This document shows, piece after piece, positions 1-7,539 of a stretch of 15,227 nt of DNA. A model generated the notes under the pieces. That model saw nothing but the letters and a program-made list of their open reading frames with translations. It did no database searches and was not told the origin of the DNA. The stretch is from the IMG/VR virus record IMGVR_UViG_2740892422_000006, positions 1 to 15,227 of that record; one strand, written 5' to 3'. Both the position numbers and the translations under genes were made by a program. Source of the stretch: a virus (taxonomy: Duplodnaviria > Heunggongvirae > Uroviricota > Caudoviricetes). The first letter of the stretch is position 1. The number at the start of each line of letters is the position of its first letter.

Positions 1-7
1 CACTGGG

Positions 8-169
8 TTATCGCTCGCCACGGGAATATCTGCGGCAGCAGGCCAGTAATGGATTAAGTGATAACAGGTGTCTGGAAATATAGGGGCAAATCCAATCACG
101 TACAACAGCCCAACCCAGAACCCATCCCTGATTATCAGGATCAGCCTTCAGGTTATTTTCTACAAACAT
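8..169 (-). CDS. Hypothetical small protein (53 aa)
   Basis: ATG at 169 preceded by AAGGAG SD with 6-nt spacer; the ORF-track start at 199 lacks an SD. No recognisable motif. Confidence 0.3.
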   Translation of the reverse strand: MFVENNLKADPDNQGWVLGWAVVRDWICPYISRHLLSLNPLLACCRRYSRGER

Positions 170-212
170 AGTGTTCTCCTTTTGGGTACCCAGAGACATT
201 CTATGTCATTCA

Positions 213-434
213 TTAAACAGGCAACAACGTGGCTGTTACAATCTCCGCCATATTCGCGTTAAGATCACATTCAACAGAAATTTCTTCATCCGTGGCATCC
301 ACTTCATATGTCCGGGAATAACATTCCGTGCATTTACCACTGAAGATATCCTTAACCAGAACACGTCCACGCTGCAAAACCCTGAATGGAATCGTTCCGT
401 TAAAGGGCTTTACGGTTACCAGTAATCTCTTCAT
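213..434 (-). CDS. Hypothetical protein (73 aa), Cys-containing (CTECY...VEC)
   Basis: ATG at 434 preceded by GGAGGGG SD; the longer track ORF from 563 has no SD. Product not recognised. Confidence 0.4.
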   Translation of the reverse strand: MKRLLVTVKPFNGTIPFRVLQRGRVLVKDIFSGKCTECYSRTYEVDATDEEISVECDLNANMAEIVTATLLPV

Positions 435-595
435 ATCCCCTCCGGATAAAAATGCCCCTTGCCGCCCGGGCAGTTGCTTGATTCGGCAAGATTTAGAATG
501 AATAAGATAAAATTGGTACACGCAGCAGAATTTCATGCTTTCCGGACGCGGACACCCCTTCATTTTTCAGCAAAATATTCTGCTCTTACAGGCAA

Positions 596-778
596 TCAGT
601 TCTGCATACACTGCCGGACACTATCGACTATTTCACAAACCTGAGAGGCAGCATCAAAAAGCTGACGCGCCTTATCCAGACTGACGCATCCCGCCAATAA
701 AAAAGGCACCAGTATCGCTACCAGTGCCCATTTCGCCGCCGTTCGCGGCATCCTGTGTGTCCCGTACTTTTGCTTCAT
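596..778 (-). CDS. Putative small lipoprotein (60 aa)
   Basis: N-terminus MKQKYGTHRMPRTAAKWALVAILVPFLLAGC has a basic n-region, hydrophobic core and an LAGC lipobox; GGAGGA sits just upstream of the ATG at 778. Confidence 0.4.
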   Translation of the reverse strand: MKQKYGTHRMPRTAAKWALVAILVPFLLAGCVSLDKARQLFDAASQVCEIVDSVRQCMQN

Positions 779-904
779 ATCCTCCATCCCGGGGTCAGAA
801 CAGCAACAGCAGTCAGACACATTGCAATGCTGTTTTTCATATTCAATTACCATCTTTCACTGGGGGAAAAATAAAACAAAGCGATGTCCATGCCATGAAC
901 CACC

Positions 905-921
905 CTTAAGGATTCCTTAAG
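905..921 (+). promoter_or_regulatory. PmrA(BasR)-box-like direct repeat CTTAAG-N5-CTTAAG upstream of the Ais-like gene
   Basis: Two CTTAAG hexamers separated by 5 nt (GATTC), 54 nt upstream of the ATG at 975 and followed by an A/T-rich -10-like stretch (ATAAATAAT). Resembles the PmrA box consensus CTTAAT-N5-CTTAAT as I recall it. Confidence 0.4.
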
Positions 922-974
922 AATTGCCATAAATAATCCTGCATTTTATTTTTCCTCCCAACCGGATAATTCCA

Positions 975-1556
975 ATGAGAACTCAGGCCATAAAAAAATA
1001 TTTAGTCATATCTTTTCTCACAATTCTCACCGTAATTTCATACATAATCTTTGCCAGAACGCCGGTGATGCTTGATGGAAGTGATGTCACTAAAATCAGC
1101 AGGCAATATCCGGTTATTTTTCTCATCAGACATGGAGAAAGATGCGATCGCTCTCAAAACAAATGTCTGTCAGCCCACGAAGGGATCACTGTAAACGGAG
1201 CTAATAAAGCCCGGGAATATGGAAAAATATTCAACAACATGTTTCCATCATACGGTCTCTATTCCACAGATACCCTAAGAACCGTACAAACTGCCACTTA
1301 TTTTTCAGGTGGCAAAACACCGGTTATCCCGGAGATGTCAACTTGTGATGATGATGCAATAAATAACATTCTTAAAATTTCACAACAGAATAAAGTCACT
1401 GTGATTTTCACACACAATCATTGTCTGTCAAAAATCGCAAGAAAAATGAACGGATGGCGGTTAAAATCTGATTACCTCGAGACGCTGGTTCTGCACAGGG
1501 ACAATAATAACCTGATTCTCGACGGGGATTTAAAACTACACAACCTTCTCCACTGA
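975..1556 (+). CDS. Ais/PmrG-family histidine phosphatase (homolog of LPS core heptose(II)-phosphate phosphatase), membrane-anchored or secreted
   Basis: 193 aa with LIRHGERCDRS (RHG catalytic motif), FTHNHCL and YSTDTLRTVQTATYFSGGK blocks that parallel E. coli Ais as recalled; hydrophobic N-terminus; AT-rich relative to flanking phage genes. Confidence 0.75.
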   Translation: MRTQAIKKYLVISFLTILTVISYIIFARTPVMLDGSDVTKISRQYPVIFLIRHGERCDRSQNKCLSAHEGITVNGANKAREYGKIFNNMFPSYGLYSTDTLRTVQTATYFSGGKTPVIPEMSTCDDDAINNILKISQQNKVTVIFTHNHCLSKIARKMNGWRLKSDYLETLVLHRDNNNLILDGDLKLHNLLH

Positions 1557-1568
1557 TTCATTGCACCT

Positions 1569-1594
1569 CCCGACCATCATTACAAATGGTCGGG
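1569..1594. terminator. Stem-loop in the convergent intergenic region (Ais-like vs endolysin), likely bidirectional terminator
   Basis: Perfect 9-bp inverted repeat CCCGACCAT-N8-ATGGTCGGG followed by ATATATT on the plus strand. Confidence 0.4.
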
Positions 1595-1605
1595 ATATAT
1601 TCCTG

Positions 1606-2160
1606 TTATATCATCACACGCTCTTTCATCCAGCCATAGACAAAGGACTCGTTAGCCTCACGTTTCTCTGCCAGCGCCAGATAACGCTCACCCTGTGTAC
1701 AGTTCAGTGCTGTCAGCATCACCAGTTCGCCATCTTTACCGCGTTTTTCCAAGAATACGCGGAGTGCGTTAATGGTTCGGGGGCCGATACACCCGTCTGT
1801 ATCCATGTCCGGATACAGCATCCCCTTCTGGTTAAATACATTCAGCCAGCGCTGAAGCATCTTTGCCGCAACTGCCGGCCCCATGTTCACACCCGTGTCG
1901 CAAAGCTCTGCGGCAATGTCCGCAGACAGGTTTGCCACCTTGTCGAAATTCGGTCCGTACCAGTAGTCTGCCTCCAGAATTTCCAGCGCCCGCCCGCGGC
2001 TCAAATCACGCATATCGCCACGGTACCCATGTGACCGCGCCACTTTTTCAGTTATGCCCCACTTCGTTGCACCACCTGTATCGTCAGGGTGACTGACGTA
2101 GCCCCCCTCTTTTCCCAGGATTTCATCAAAAACTTCATCTCTCGATTTCATATCAGCCAC
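1606..2160 (-). CDS. Endolysin, glycoside hydrolase family 108-like N-terminal domain with C-terminal peptidoglycan-binding domain
   Basis: N-terminal EILGKEGGYVSHPDDTGGATKWGIT is the GH108 signature; C-terminal region resembles PG_binding_3. Start is GTG at 2160 or ATG at 2151; it overlaps the stop of the upstream holin-like gene. Confidence 0.75.
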   Translation of the reverse strand: MADMKSRDEVFDEILGKEGGYVSHPDDTGGATKWGITEKVARSHGYRGDMRDLSRGRALEILEADYWYGPNFDKVANLSADIAAELCDTGVNMGPAVAAKMLQRWLNVFNQKGMLYPDMDTDGCIGPRTINALRVFLEKRGKDGELVMLTALNCTQGERYLALAEKREANESFVYGWMKERVMI

Positions 2161-2431
2161 TCAGTAAGGCAAAAATTTTTGAAACATTACCGCGCGCACG
2201 CACCACCAGAACACCAAACACCAGGTTCAGCACCACCACCAGCCAGTCTGCCGGCAAGGGATGACCACACAGATAACTTAACGGCGTTATCGCATACAGC
2301 AGCATCAGACACCAGGCACACCACGATATCAGCGGTTTGTGTCGGGACGCTTTTCTGCGGTAGAAAAAAAGCGTCAGCACGATAACCGTACACAGCGCCG
2401 CATTCAGTAATCCGGGAAGATTATTTGCCAT
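2153..2431 (-). CDS. Holin or antiholin-like small membrane protein (92 aa, about 3 TM segments)
   Basis: ATG at 2431 preceded by GGAGGAGGTGGTGGTA; hydrophobic segments LLNAALCTVIVLTLFF, WCAWCLMLLYAITPL and WLVVVLNLVFGVLVV; sits immediately upstream of the endolysin. Confidence 0.5.
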   Translation of the reverse strand: MANNLPGLLNAALCTVIVLTLFFYRRKASRHKPLISWCAWCLMLLYAITPLSYLCGHPLPADWLVVVLNLVFGVLVVRARGNVSKIFALLSG

Positions 2432-2813
2432 TACCACCACCTCCTCCCCGCTGACGGGAGAACACACCGGACACCAGCGATGCAATATCCTGCTGGTGGA
2501 TGAACGAGAGAATCTTCACCGACACCACTGACACCAGCACTGCACACAGTGCGTCGACGGGAGCACCGTCAAACCCTGTATGCTTTACCAGCCAGGATGC
2601 CAGAACCTCTGCGCCCAGCACGCCGACAATGAACGACACCAGAAAATGCGCCGCCACACGCCAGGCTGAAAGCGCCTGCGGCATCGTTGCCACAAATAAC
2701 GCCCCGGCGAACGCACCAAACACAATCCCGAAATCCGTTCCGGTAAACAGCCCGAATACCGTCGCCCCGCCGAGCGCCGCAGCCGTGCCGGAACCGGATA
2801 AGGGTTCAGACAT
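2421..2813 (-). CDS. Holin-like membrane protein (130 aa, Gly/Ala-rich TM segments, poly-Gly C-terminus)
   Basis: ATG at 2813 preceded by AGGAGAAAAAGT; multiple TM-like segments; overlaps the next gene start; position in lysis cassette. The longer track ORF starts without an SD. Confidence 0.5.
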   Translation of the reverse strand: MSEPLSGSGTAAALGGATVFGLFTGTDFGIVFGAFAGALFVATMPQALSAWRVAAHFLVSFIVGVLGAEVLASWLVKHTGFDGAPVDALCAVLVSVVSVKILSFIHQQDIASLVSGVFSRQRGGGGGNGK

Positions 2814-2946
2814 ACTTTTTCTCCTGTAAATAAAAAAGGGCCACCAGCACACCATCTGCCAGCACCGACATCAGCCGTCCGGTGAAATCCACCACCACTA
2901 CCAGAAACAGCAGGATGGCAGCCAGTACAAGGCGCGCACTTTTCAC
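2806..2946 (-). CDS. Small hydrophobic ORF (46 aa, MKSARLVLAAILLFLVVVVDFTGRLMSVLADGVLVALFYLQEKKYV), possible lysis-regulatory membrane peptide
   Basis: GTG start at 2946 overlaps the TerB-like stop (GTGA); its TGA stop overlaps the holin ATG (ATGTCTGA). Not in the ORF track because it is shorter than 60 aa. Confidence 0.3.
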   Translation of the reverse strand: MKSARLVLAAILLFLVVVVDFTGRLMSVLADGVLVALFYLQEKKYV

Positions 2947-3368
2947 AGATACTGCTCCAGCGGTAACTGCAGCGCCTGAGCAATTTTCTTGAGCTGCGCT
3001 TCTTCATCCGGACCAATGCCGTCCTGGTCTGCGATATCCAGACACAGGCACAGCACATTAACTGCATCATCAGTACCTGCAACATCAGCCAGCTGACGAA
3101 GGGCTTCGGCATTGGCAGAACGCGGTGACGCTTCATAACGGGCGCGGATATTGGCGCTCATCTGGGCAATCTCACCGGAGAACGGCGCAAAGGACGGAAG
3201 CGCTGCAATGGTTTTCTCCAGTACCGCAATTTCTTTCGCGTCACAGGTGCCGTCAGCGTATGCAATGGAATACGCACCCCAGACGGTTGCCTCCACTGCG
3301 TCGCGGTTCTCCATCTTCTTCACTTCGGTAATGGCCTTGCGGGTTTTCTTTTTGAAAATACCAAACAT
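2943..3368 (-). CDS. TerB-like (tellurite-resistance TerB fold) protein, 141 aa
   Basis: Two ADG/DG-containing acidic helical repeats (SIAYADGTCDAKEIAVLEKTIAAL and LCLCLDIADQDGIGPDEEAQLKKIAQAL) typical of the TerB fold; ATG at 3368 with AAGGAA upstream. Confidence 0.5.
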   Translation of the reverse strand: MFGIFKKKTRKAITEVKKMENRDAVEATVWGAYSIAYADGTCDAKEIAVLEKTIAALPSFAPFSGEIAQMSANIRARYEASPRSANAEALRQLADVAGTDDAVNVLCLCLDIADQDGIGPDEEAQLKKIAQALQLPLEQYL

Positions 3369-3396
3369 CGTGACGTTTCCTTTTAGTGGGTGAGCC

Positions 3397-3485
3397 TCCG
3401 CCCTGGGGTGACCAGCCCACAGAGAAAGTCACACTGACCATCCCGTAAGCTCACCCCTGAAAGGCTCTGTGGTTTTTGATGTGCG
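3397..3485 (-). promoter_or_regulatory. Structured 5' leader upstream of the TerB-like gene with interleaved complementary segments (pseudoknot-like)
   Basis: Plus-strand GGGTGAGC (3397-3404) pairs with GCTCACCC (3461-3468), and CCACAGAG (3428-3436) pairs with CTCTGTGG (3478-3485), in A-B-A'-B' order. Confidence 0.25.
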
Positions 3486-3544
3486 CCGGGCGTGACGCAA
3501 AGAAATGAAATAAGAATTACCTGAAATTAAGGTTAATCTGAGGA

Positions 3545-3662
3545 TTTAAACCATTTTTAATGCTTAGTAATATAAATACGTCTCTCTGGAGGAGAGAGAT
3601 GCTTATTCTTCTTCATGGACTTTGTCCCGCGGCTTTAATCCGACAGCCGCGCCCTTTTTTCG
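3545..3662 (+). ncRNA. Candidate small plus-strand transcript: sigma70-like promoter, internal hairpin and intrinsic terminator
   Basis: -35 TTTAAA, 17-nt spacer, -10 TAATAT (3580-3585); hairpin TCTCTC-TGGAG-GAGAGA; terminator CGCGGCT-N10-AGCCGCG followed by CCCTTTTTTCG (about 3632-3665). Confidence 0.25.
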
Positions 3663-3695
3663 CCAATATAAACCGGGTTGAACTCATACAAAAAG

Positions 3696-3712
3696 CTCGC
3701 CGAAGCGAGCCT
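3696..3712 (-). terminator. Intrinsic terminator downstream of the tRNA-like gene
   Basis: GCTCGC-CGAA-GCGAGC hairpin, followed on the minus strand by TTTTTGTAT. Confidence 0.45.
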
Positions 3713-3738
3713 GTTAAAAGTATATTTACCGTTACAAA

Positions 3739-3820
3739 TGGACCGTCACCGGGGACTCGAACCCCGCACCACAAAACAACAATACGTGTTATGCACTCTT
3801 ACCCGATGAGTTAGTGACGG
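3739..3820 (-). tRNA. Degenerate tRNA-like gene or tRNA pseudogene (intact acceptor, D and T arms; aberrant anticodon arm)
   Basis: Minus strand reads CCGTCAC-TA-ACTC...GAGT...CGGGG-TTCGAGT-CCCCG-GTGACGG-T-CCA; acceptor and T arms are perfect, but the anticodon arm plus variable region is about 28 nt and does not fold canonically. Confidence 0.4.
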
Positions 3821-3879
3821 TTTTTTGTTCTGTGGGAATCCAGCCTGACGACAGAATTACTGGAACACCTTGCAAAAAA

Positions 3880-3905
3880 AGCCAGCCACCAGAGACTGGC
3901 TGGCA
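3880..3905 (-). terminator. Intrinsic terminator-like hairpin (minus strand)
   Basis: GCCAGCC-N10-GGCTGGC, followed on the minus strand by TTTTTTTG. Confidence 0.35.
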
Positions 3906-4082
3906 AATGACAGAGTTTAAATGATTCATCATACAATCGTCGTTACAGGGGAATCCTGCGGTGCAGCAAGATACAGAAATGTAAGCAAACTAACAATAAG
4001 CAAGCACAGCATATTCGGAATTAGTTATAATTTTAACGATGCAGTGCTTATTCAGCATGCAATTCTGCAAATTACCAAAAAA

Positions 4083-4100
4083 AACCGCCTGCTAAGGCGG
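4083..4100 (-). terminator. Intrinsic terminator-like hairpin (minus strand)
   Basis: ACCGCC-TTAGCA-GGCGGT, followed on the minus strand by a T8 run. Confidence 0.4.
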
Positions 4101-4465
4101 TGGTCAAATCAGTAAGTGCTGAAGAGTATTATTATAATACAAGTGAGGTGTCGGGTGCCTCCCGAAATACCTGACATTCCATCAGATACTGTAGTTTCCC
4201 GGCTAAACTACTTAAACCACCCCGCACATGGAGTTCACCTCATTTTGTGATGTTAACAACATCGGGATAGTGCATAATCAGCCCCTGCCAGGAAATATCA
4301 AAAATCCCACCAATAATGCACTATTCCGATAGCGTCAAAAAACACAGCACCGAAATCATAACTGGTCTCCGTTATAATTCGGGAGCGCGATAAGGGATAT
4401 ACGAGACCTTTTCCCGCGAGAAAAAAAACGCCAGTGCTGAAAAACCTGTACCTCATTTGTTTTGC

Positions 4466-4540
<75 letters not shown>

Positions 4541-4543
4541 ATA

Positions 4544-4619
<76 letters not shown>

Positions 4620-4621
4620 AC

Positions 4622-4698
4622 TGGACCGCCACCGGGGACTCGAACCTCGCACACTCAACTTAAAGGGTTGACGCTCTTTCCTGATGAGCTAGTGGCGG
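4622..4698 (-). tRNA. Atypical tRNA; anticodon loop CCUUUAA (UUU/Lys in canonical register, but C at position 33 and an A-C mismatch in the T stem)
   Basis: Minus strand CCGCCAC-TA-GCTC-ATCAGGAAA-GAGC-G-TCAAC-CCTTTAA-GTTGA-GTGTG-CGAGG-TTCGAGT-CCCCG-GTGGCGG-T-CCA; full cloverleaf, spaced 1-2 nt from neighbouring tRNAs. Confidence 0.5.
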
Positions 4699-4699
4699 T

Positions 4700-4775
4700 T
4701 GGTGGCCCTTGCTGGATTTGAACCAGCGACCTGGCGATTATGAGTCGCTCGCTCTCACCACTGAGCTAAAGGGCC
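4700..4775 (-). tRNA. tRNA-Ile2 (anticodon CAU, lysidine-type; Met identity not excluded from sequence alone)
   Basis: Minus strand GGCCCTTTAGCTCAGTGGTGAGAGCGAGCGACTCATAATCGCCAGGTCGCTGGTTCAAATCCAGCAAGGGCCACCA resembles ileX/ileY-type tRNA as recalled. Confidence 0.7.
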
Positions 4776-4896
4776 GGGCGCAGGATAATAACGTTACAAA
4801 ATCAATGTTGCAAGCATTCAAAAATCACCTGGTTAAAAATCCCCCTTGCTTCCTCCACCAGCGCATTCACCATGTCTATCCGAGATAAGTGGCACA

Positions 4897-4916
4897 AAAA
4901 ACCCGCATTTCGGCGG
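4897..4916. terminator. Bidirectional intrinsic terminator about 70 nt downstream of the Q-like gene (tR'-like position)
   Basis: AACCCGC-ATTTCG-GCGGGTT flanked by A5 upstream and TTTGTTTGCTTTT downstream. Confidence 0.5.
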
Positions 4917-4984
4917 GTTTTGTTTGCTTTTGCCATCACGTACAAAATCGGCAAAATATCAGATTTGCATGAAATATATGCCTT

Positions 4985-5674
4985 TCAATCTACTTTTGCA
5001 ACACTTTGCTTTGAAAATGCCGCCTTTTGTTTTGAACGCGTTCTCATTACAAACAATAAAGCCCCACTATCCAGTCGGTAAAAAATGTGTTTCATTGCAA
5101 CCCAGTGACGAGTAAATGTTTTGGACCAGTTTTTAGTTGTCACTCCCGCCAGTAATGCCAGCTCCTGGTATTCATAACCTTCCCCACCAAAAAGTTCTGC
5201 TTTTACTGCCTGCGCCGCCAGCCAGATTAATTTTTTCAGGCGTTCCTGCGTTTTCCCTGCAATTTTTCTGGTACCGGATTGAGTATTAAATTCATTCCAC
5301 GCCCACTGTGTTATCGCGATCTGATATTCCCAACAAATACTCCCGCTGTAACACCACAACAACCAGGCTTTATGATGTTCTTCAAGAGACAGAACAGCCC
5401 GCCGCCACGATGATGTCGAAAACTCAACCGGACTGACCAGAGGAATTGACGTCCCCTTCGCCAGCGATTGCTTTCCCGGAATTGGTGGATTATCCCGCGT
5501 TATCATTTTTCCAGTCACTTCATCGCGGTACCGGATTTTTTTTCGCCTGTAACGCCCTGTATCGAACATGGCATTCTCTTGCCAGGCTTCAAGCTGACCT
5601 TTTGTTGCCCCACTCAAATCAGCGGTGGCGATAATGAGCTGCTCACGCACAAACTGTAAATACTGGTTATTCAT
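4985..5674 (-). CDS. Late-gene antiterminator Q-like protein (QuuQ-like), 229 aa
   Basis: Directly downstream of RusA with ATGA start/stop overlap (ATG at 5674), followed by a tR'-like terminator and the late region; position and size fit Qin quuQ-type Q. Family assigned from context and memory. Confidence 0.55.
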   Translation of the reverse strand: MNNQYLQFVREQLIIATADLSGATKGQLEAWQENAMFDTGRYRRKKIRYRDEVTGKMITRDNPPIPGKQSLAKGTSIPLVSPVEFSTSSWRRAVLSLEEHHKAWLLWCYSGSICWEYQIAITQWAWNEFNTQSGTRKIAGKTQERLKKLIWLAAQAVKAELFGGEGYEYQELALLAGVTTKNWSKTFTRHWVAMKHIFYRLDSGALLFVMRTRSKQKAAFSKQSVAKVD

Positions 5675-6036
5675 GCGCACTCCAGTTCTGTGATTTTTAT
5701 CCCCAGCCGCCCACCAGGAACGAGCTGACCGCGCACAATATTGATTTCATCAAACTGCTCGTCGTCTATAAGTAGTCCGGCATGCGTCAGCGCATCCAGT
5801 GGTGCCTTCAGGATATTGTCCAGGTCGCGGCGGCGCTTATCCGGTGGCTCCGCAATAATCTTTATCGCCAGCCTTCCGGACAGGTTTAATTTCAACCGCT
5901 GCTGGCGAACAATTAGCGCCACATCATGGCGATAACGCTTTCCGGCCTCCGAGATGAAATACGTATTGCCATGACGTCGCCAGTAGGTATTCACCGTCGG
6001 CGGGTAAGGTAAAACAAATTCTATGCGTTCAGTCAT
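5671..6036 (-). CDS. rusA: Holliday junction resolvase RusA
   Basis: 121 aa with PPTVNTYWRRHGNTYFISEAGKRYR and the catalytic acidic cluster PPDKRRRDLDN, as in E. coli RusA (PDRRRRDLDN as recalled). Confidence 0.85.
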   Translation of the reverse strand: MTERIEFVLPYPPTVNTYWRRHGNTYFISEAGKRYRHDVALIVRQQRLKLNLSGRLAIKIIAEPPDKRRRDLDNILKAPLDALTHAGLLIDDEQFDEINIVRGQLVPGGRLGIKITELECA

Positions 6037-7092
6037 TCATGCTTTCCACTTCAGGACACCCGAATTTCTCGCGTGCATTAAAAAACGAATCAGCAACAAC
6101 AGCTGGCTGCCATGTTTTTCTTCAAAATCTTTTACCCCGGCGTGCAGTTCGTTATGACATTTACGGCACAGCGGAATAACAAACAAATCGTCAGCCTTTG
6201 TTCCCATCCCTCCAAGTCCATGACCAATGATGTGATGCGGATCATCTGCCTGATTGCCACACGTCATGCATTTCTGCGTTTTTACCCAACGCGTGTATAC
6301 AGGCATCTCTTCCCGTTGTGGTTTCTGGCGCTGGAGATACTGAGCCGGTGACTCCGGATCAACGGCAATGCTTACCACCGTCTTTTCCTGTGGCGGGTTT
6401 TGCTGGTGGGCGTGAGGCAGCGGCGCAAGATTTTTTGTGCGCTGCTTCAGTATGCTGGTGGCGGTCTGCTCTCCCGGCACGATGTCGCTTTCACGGTACA
6501 TTGAGCGGATTTTTTCCGCACGCAACCCCAGCGAACGACGTAATACCGCTTCCGGTAGCGCGTCCGCCACCTGATTGCGGACCGCCCACCAGGATAATTC
6601 AGCCAACGATAATTCCCGCTCCTGTGTGCCATTCATTGCGTGACGGATGACGTCAATCATCCATGCTGACAGGTTTTGTTGTGCAAGTTGCCCGAGTGAC
6701 TCTGATGTCTGGTCGCGCAGCTGGTTGTCACAGTGCCAGCACAATACCATCGCGCCAGTACCGTAACGATGTATGACGGTTTCACTGTGATGGTAGTCAC
6801 CATGAGGCCACTGGCAGGATTTAATATGACGCAGGAGCCAGTCAGACAATGCGCCTGCGCCGCCAGCAGCACGAATCACCCGTTCGTCGCTGAAAAATGG
6901 CAGTAATGATTTATCTTCCATCAGTGGCTGGCGAACGGCAGGAACAATCCCGGATGGCAGACCGCGCATGCTTTTCGGTTCCGGCTCCACCAGCACTCGA
7001 GGGTTATGAAATACCTGCATGGATTCACGGCCCGGCTTTAGCACCACCAGCCCAAGTTCCGGTACCGGAACAGGTCGAAGTAATACCCGCAC
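6037..7092 (-). CDS. DUF968 family prophage protein (YdfU-like) with C-terminal HNH-like zinc-finger motif
   Basis: 351 aa; C-terminus CMTCGNQADDPHHIIGHGLGGMGTKADDLFVIPLCRKCHNELH (CxxC...CxxCH); GTG start at 7092 with GGAGGT SD; same position relative to Q as ydfU in Qin. Confidence 0.65.
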   Translation of the reverse strand: MRVLLRPVPVPELGLVVLKPGRESMQVFHNPRVLVEPEPKSMRGLPSGIVPAVRQPLMEDKSLLPFFSDERVIRAAGGAGALSDWLLRHIKSCQWPHGDYHHSETVIHRYGTGAMVLCWHCDNQLRDQTSESLGQLAQQNLSAWMIDVIRHAMNGTQERELSLAELSWWAVRNQVADALPEAVLRRSLGLRAEKIRSMYRESDIVPGEQTATSILKQRTKNLAPLPHAHQQNPPQEKTVVSIAVDPESPAQYLQRQKPQREEMPVYTRWVKTQKCMTCGNQADDPHHIIGHGLGGMGTKADDLFVIPLCRKCHNELHAGVKDFEEKHGSQLLLLIRFLMHARNSGVLKWKA

Positions 7093-7093
7093 G

Positions 7094-7372
7094 TTACCTC
7101 CAGATCCGTTGCTGGAATGTGCGGGACGGACGCGGTGGGCGTTCGGAGTAAGGAAGCCTGACGGAGATTATCCAGTGACGATAATCGAGGCTGAGGGCTT
7201 TCTTAATCTCGTATCCGTGTCTGCGGTAGCACTGAATTAGCCATTCAGCTTGTTCTTCAGTACATGGGGGATGCTGGTACCAATCAGATTTAAATGCGTG
7301 AGAGCGCCGCCCGTGCCTGCTGGCAAAGACGGCTGAATTATCAGAATTGTGTAATTTGGTATCGTGCGCCAT
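7094..7372 (-). CDS. Hypothetical protein (92 aa), occupying the position of rem in Qin
   Basis: ATG at 7372; the longer track ORF (GTG at 7501) would run through an intrinsic terminator, so the shorter start is preferred. Stop abuts the DUF968 start. Confidence 0.35.
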   Translation of the reverse strand: MAHDTKLHNSDNSAVFASRHGRRSHAFKSDWYQHPPCTEEQAEWLIQCYRRHGYEIKKALSLDYRHWIISVRLPYSERPPRPSRTFQQRIWR

Positions 7373-7442
7373 CGGTTGTCTCTGCTGGCGCAGCAGGTGC
7401 CAGTTGTTCAGGCTGGCGTGCGAATTGTAAACCAGAATGCCA

Positions 7443-7476
7443 GGAAAAAACAAAACCCGCCGAAGCGGGTTAAGTG
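7443..7476 (-). terminator. Intrinsic terminator between hok and the downstream nin-like genes
   Basis: Minus strand AACCCGC-TTCG-GCGGGTT followed by TTGTTTTTTCC. Confidence 0.5.
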
Positions 7477-7539
7477 CGGGTGCGTTGAGGATGCCTGACA
7501 CATCAGAGGTGGCGAGGGATTTCTCCCCCGCCAGGTCTC

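Noticed and set aside
2585-3136. 183-aa minus-strand ORF rich in Arg/Cys/Trp
   Set aside because: Overlaps the TerB-like and holin genes in another frame and has a low-complexity basic composition; likely a shadow ORF of a GC-rich region.
3560-3814. 84-aa plus-strand ORF
   Set aside because: Runs through a strong plus-strand terminator and the tRNA-like element on the opposite strand; only its first part is considered, as a possible sRNA or mini-ORF.
4622-4698. Atypical tRNA as an amber suppressor explaining the in-frame TAG at 10457
   Set aside because: The anticodon loop is CCUUUAA, not CUCUAAA, so a CUA anticodon is not supported.
6112-6872. Several 60-110 aa ORFs on both strands within 6.1-6.9 kb
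   Set aside because: All embedded within the 351-aa DUF968 gene, which has a strong SD and conserved C-terminal motif.
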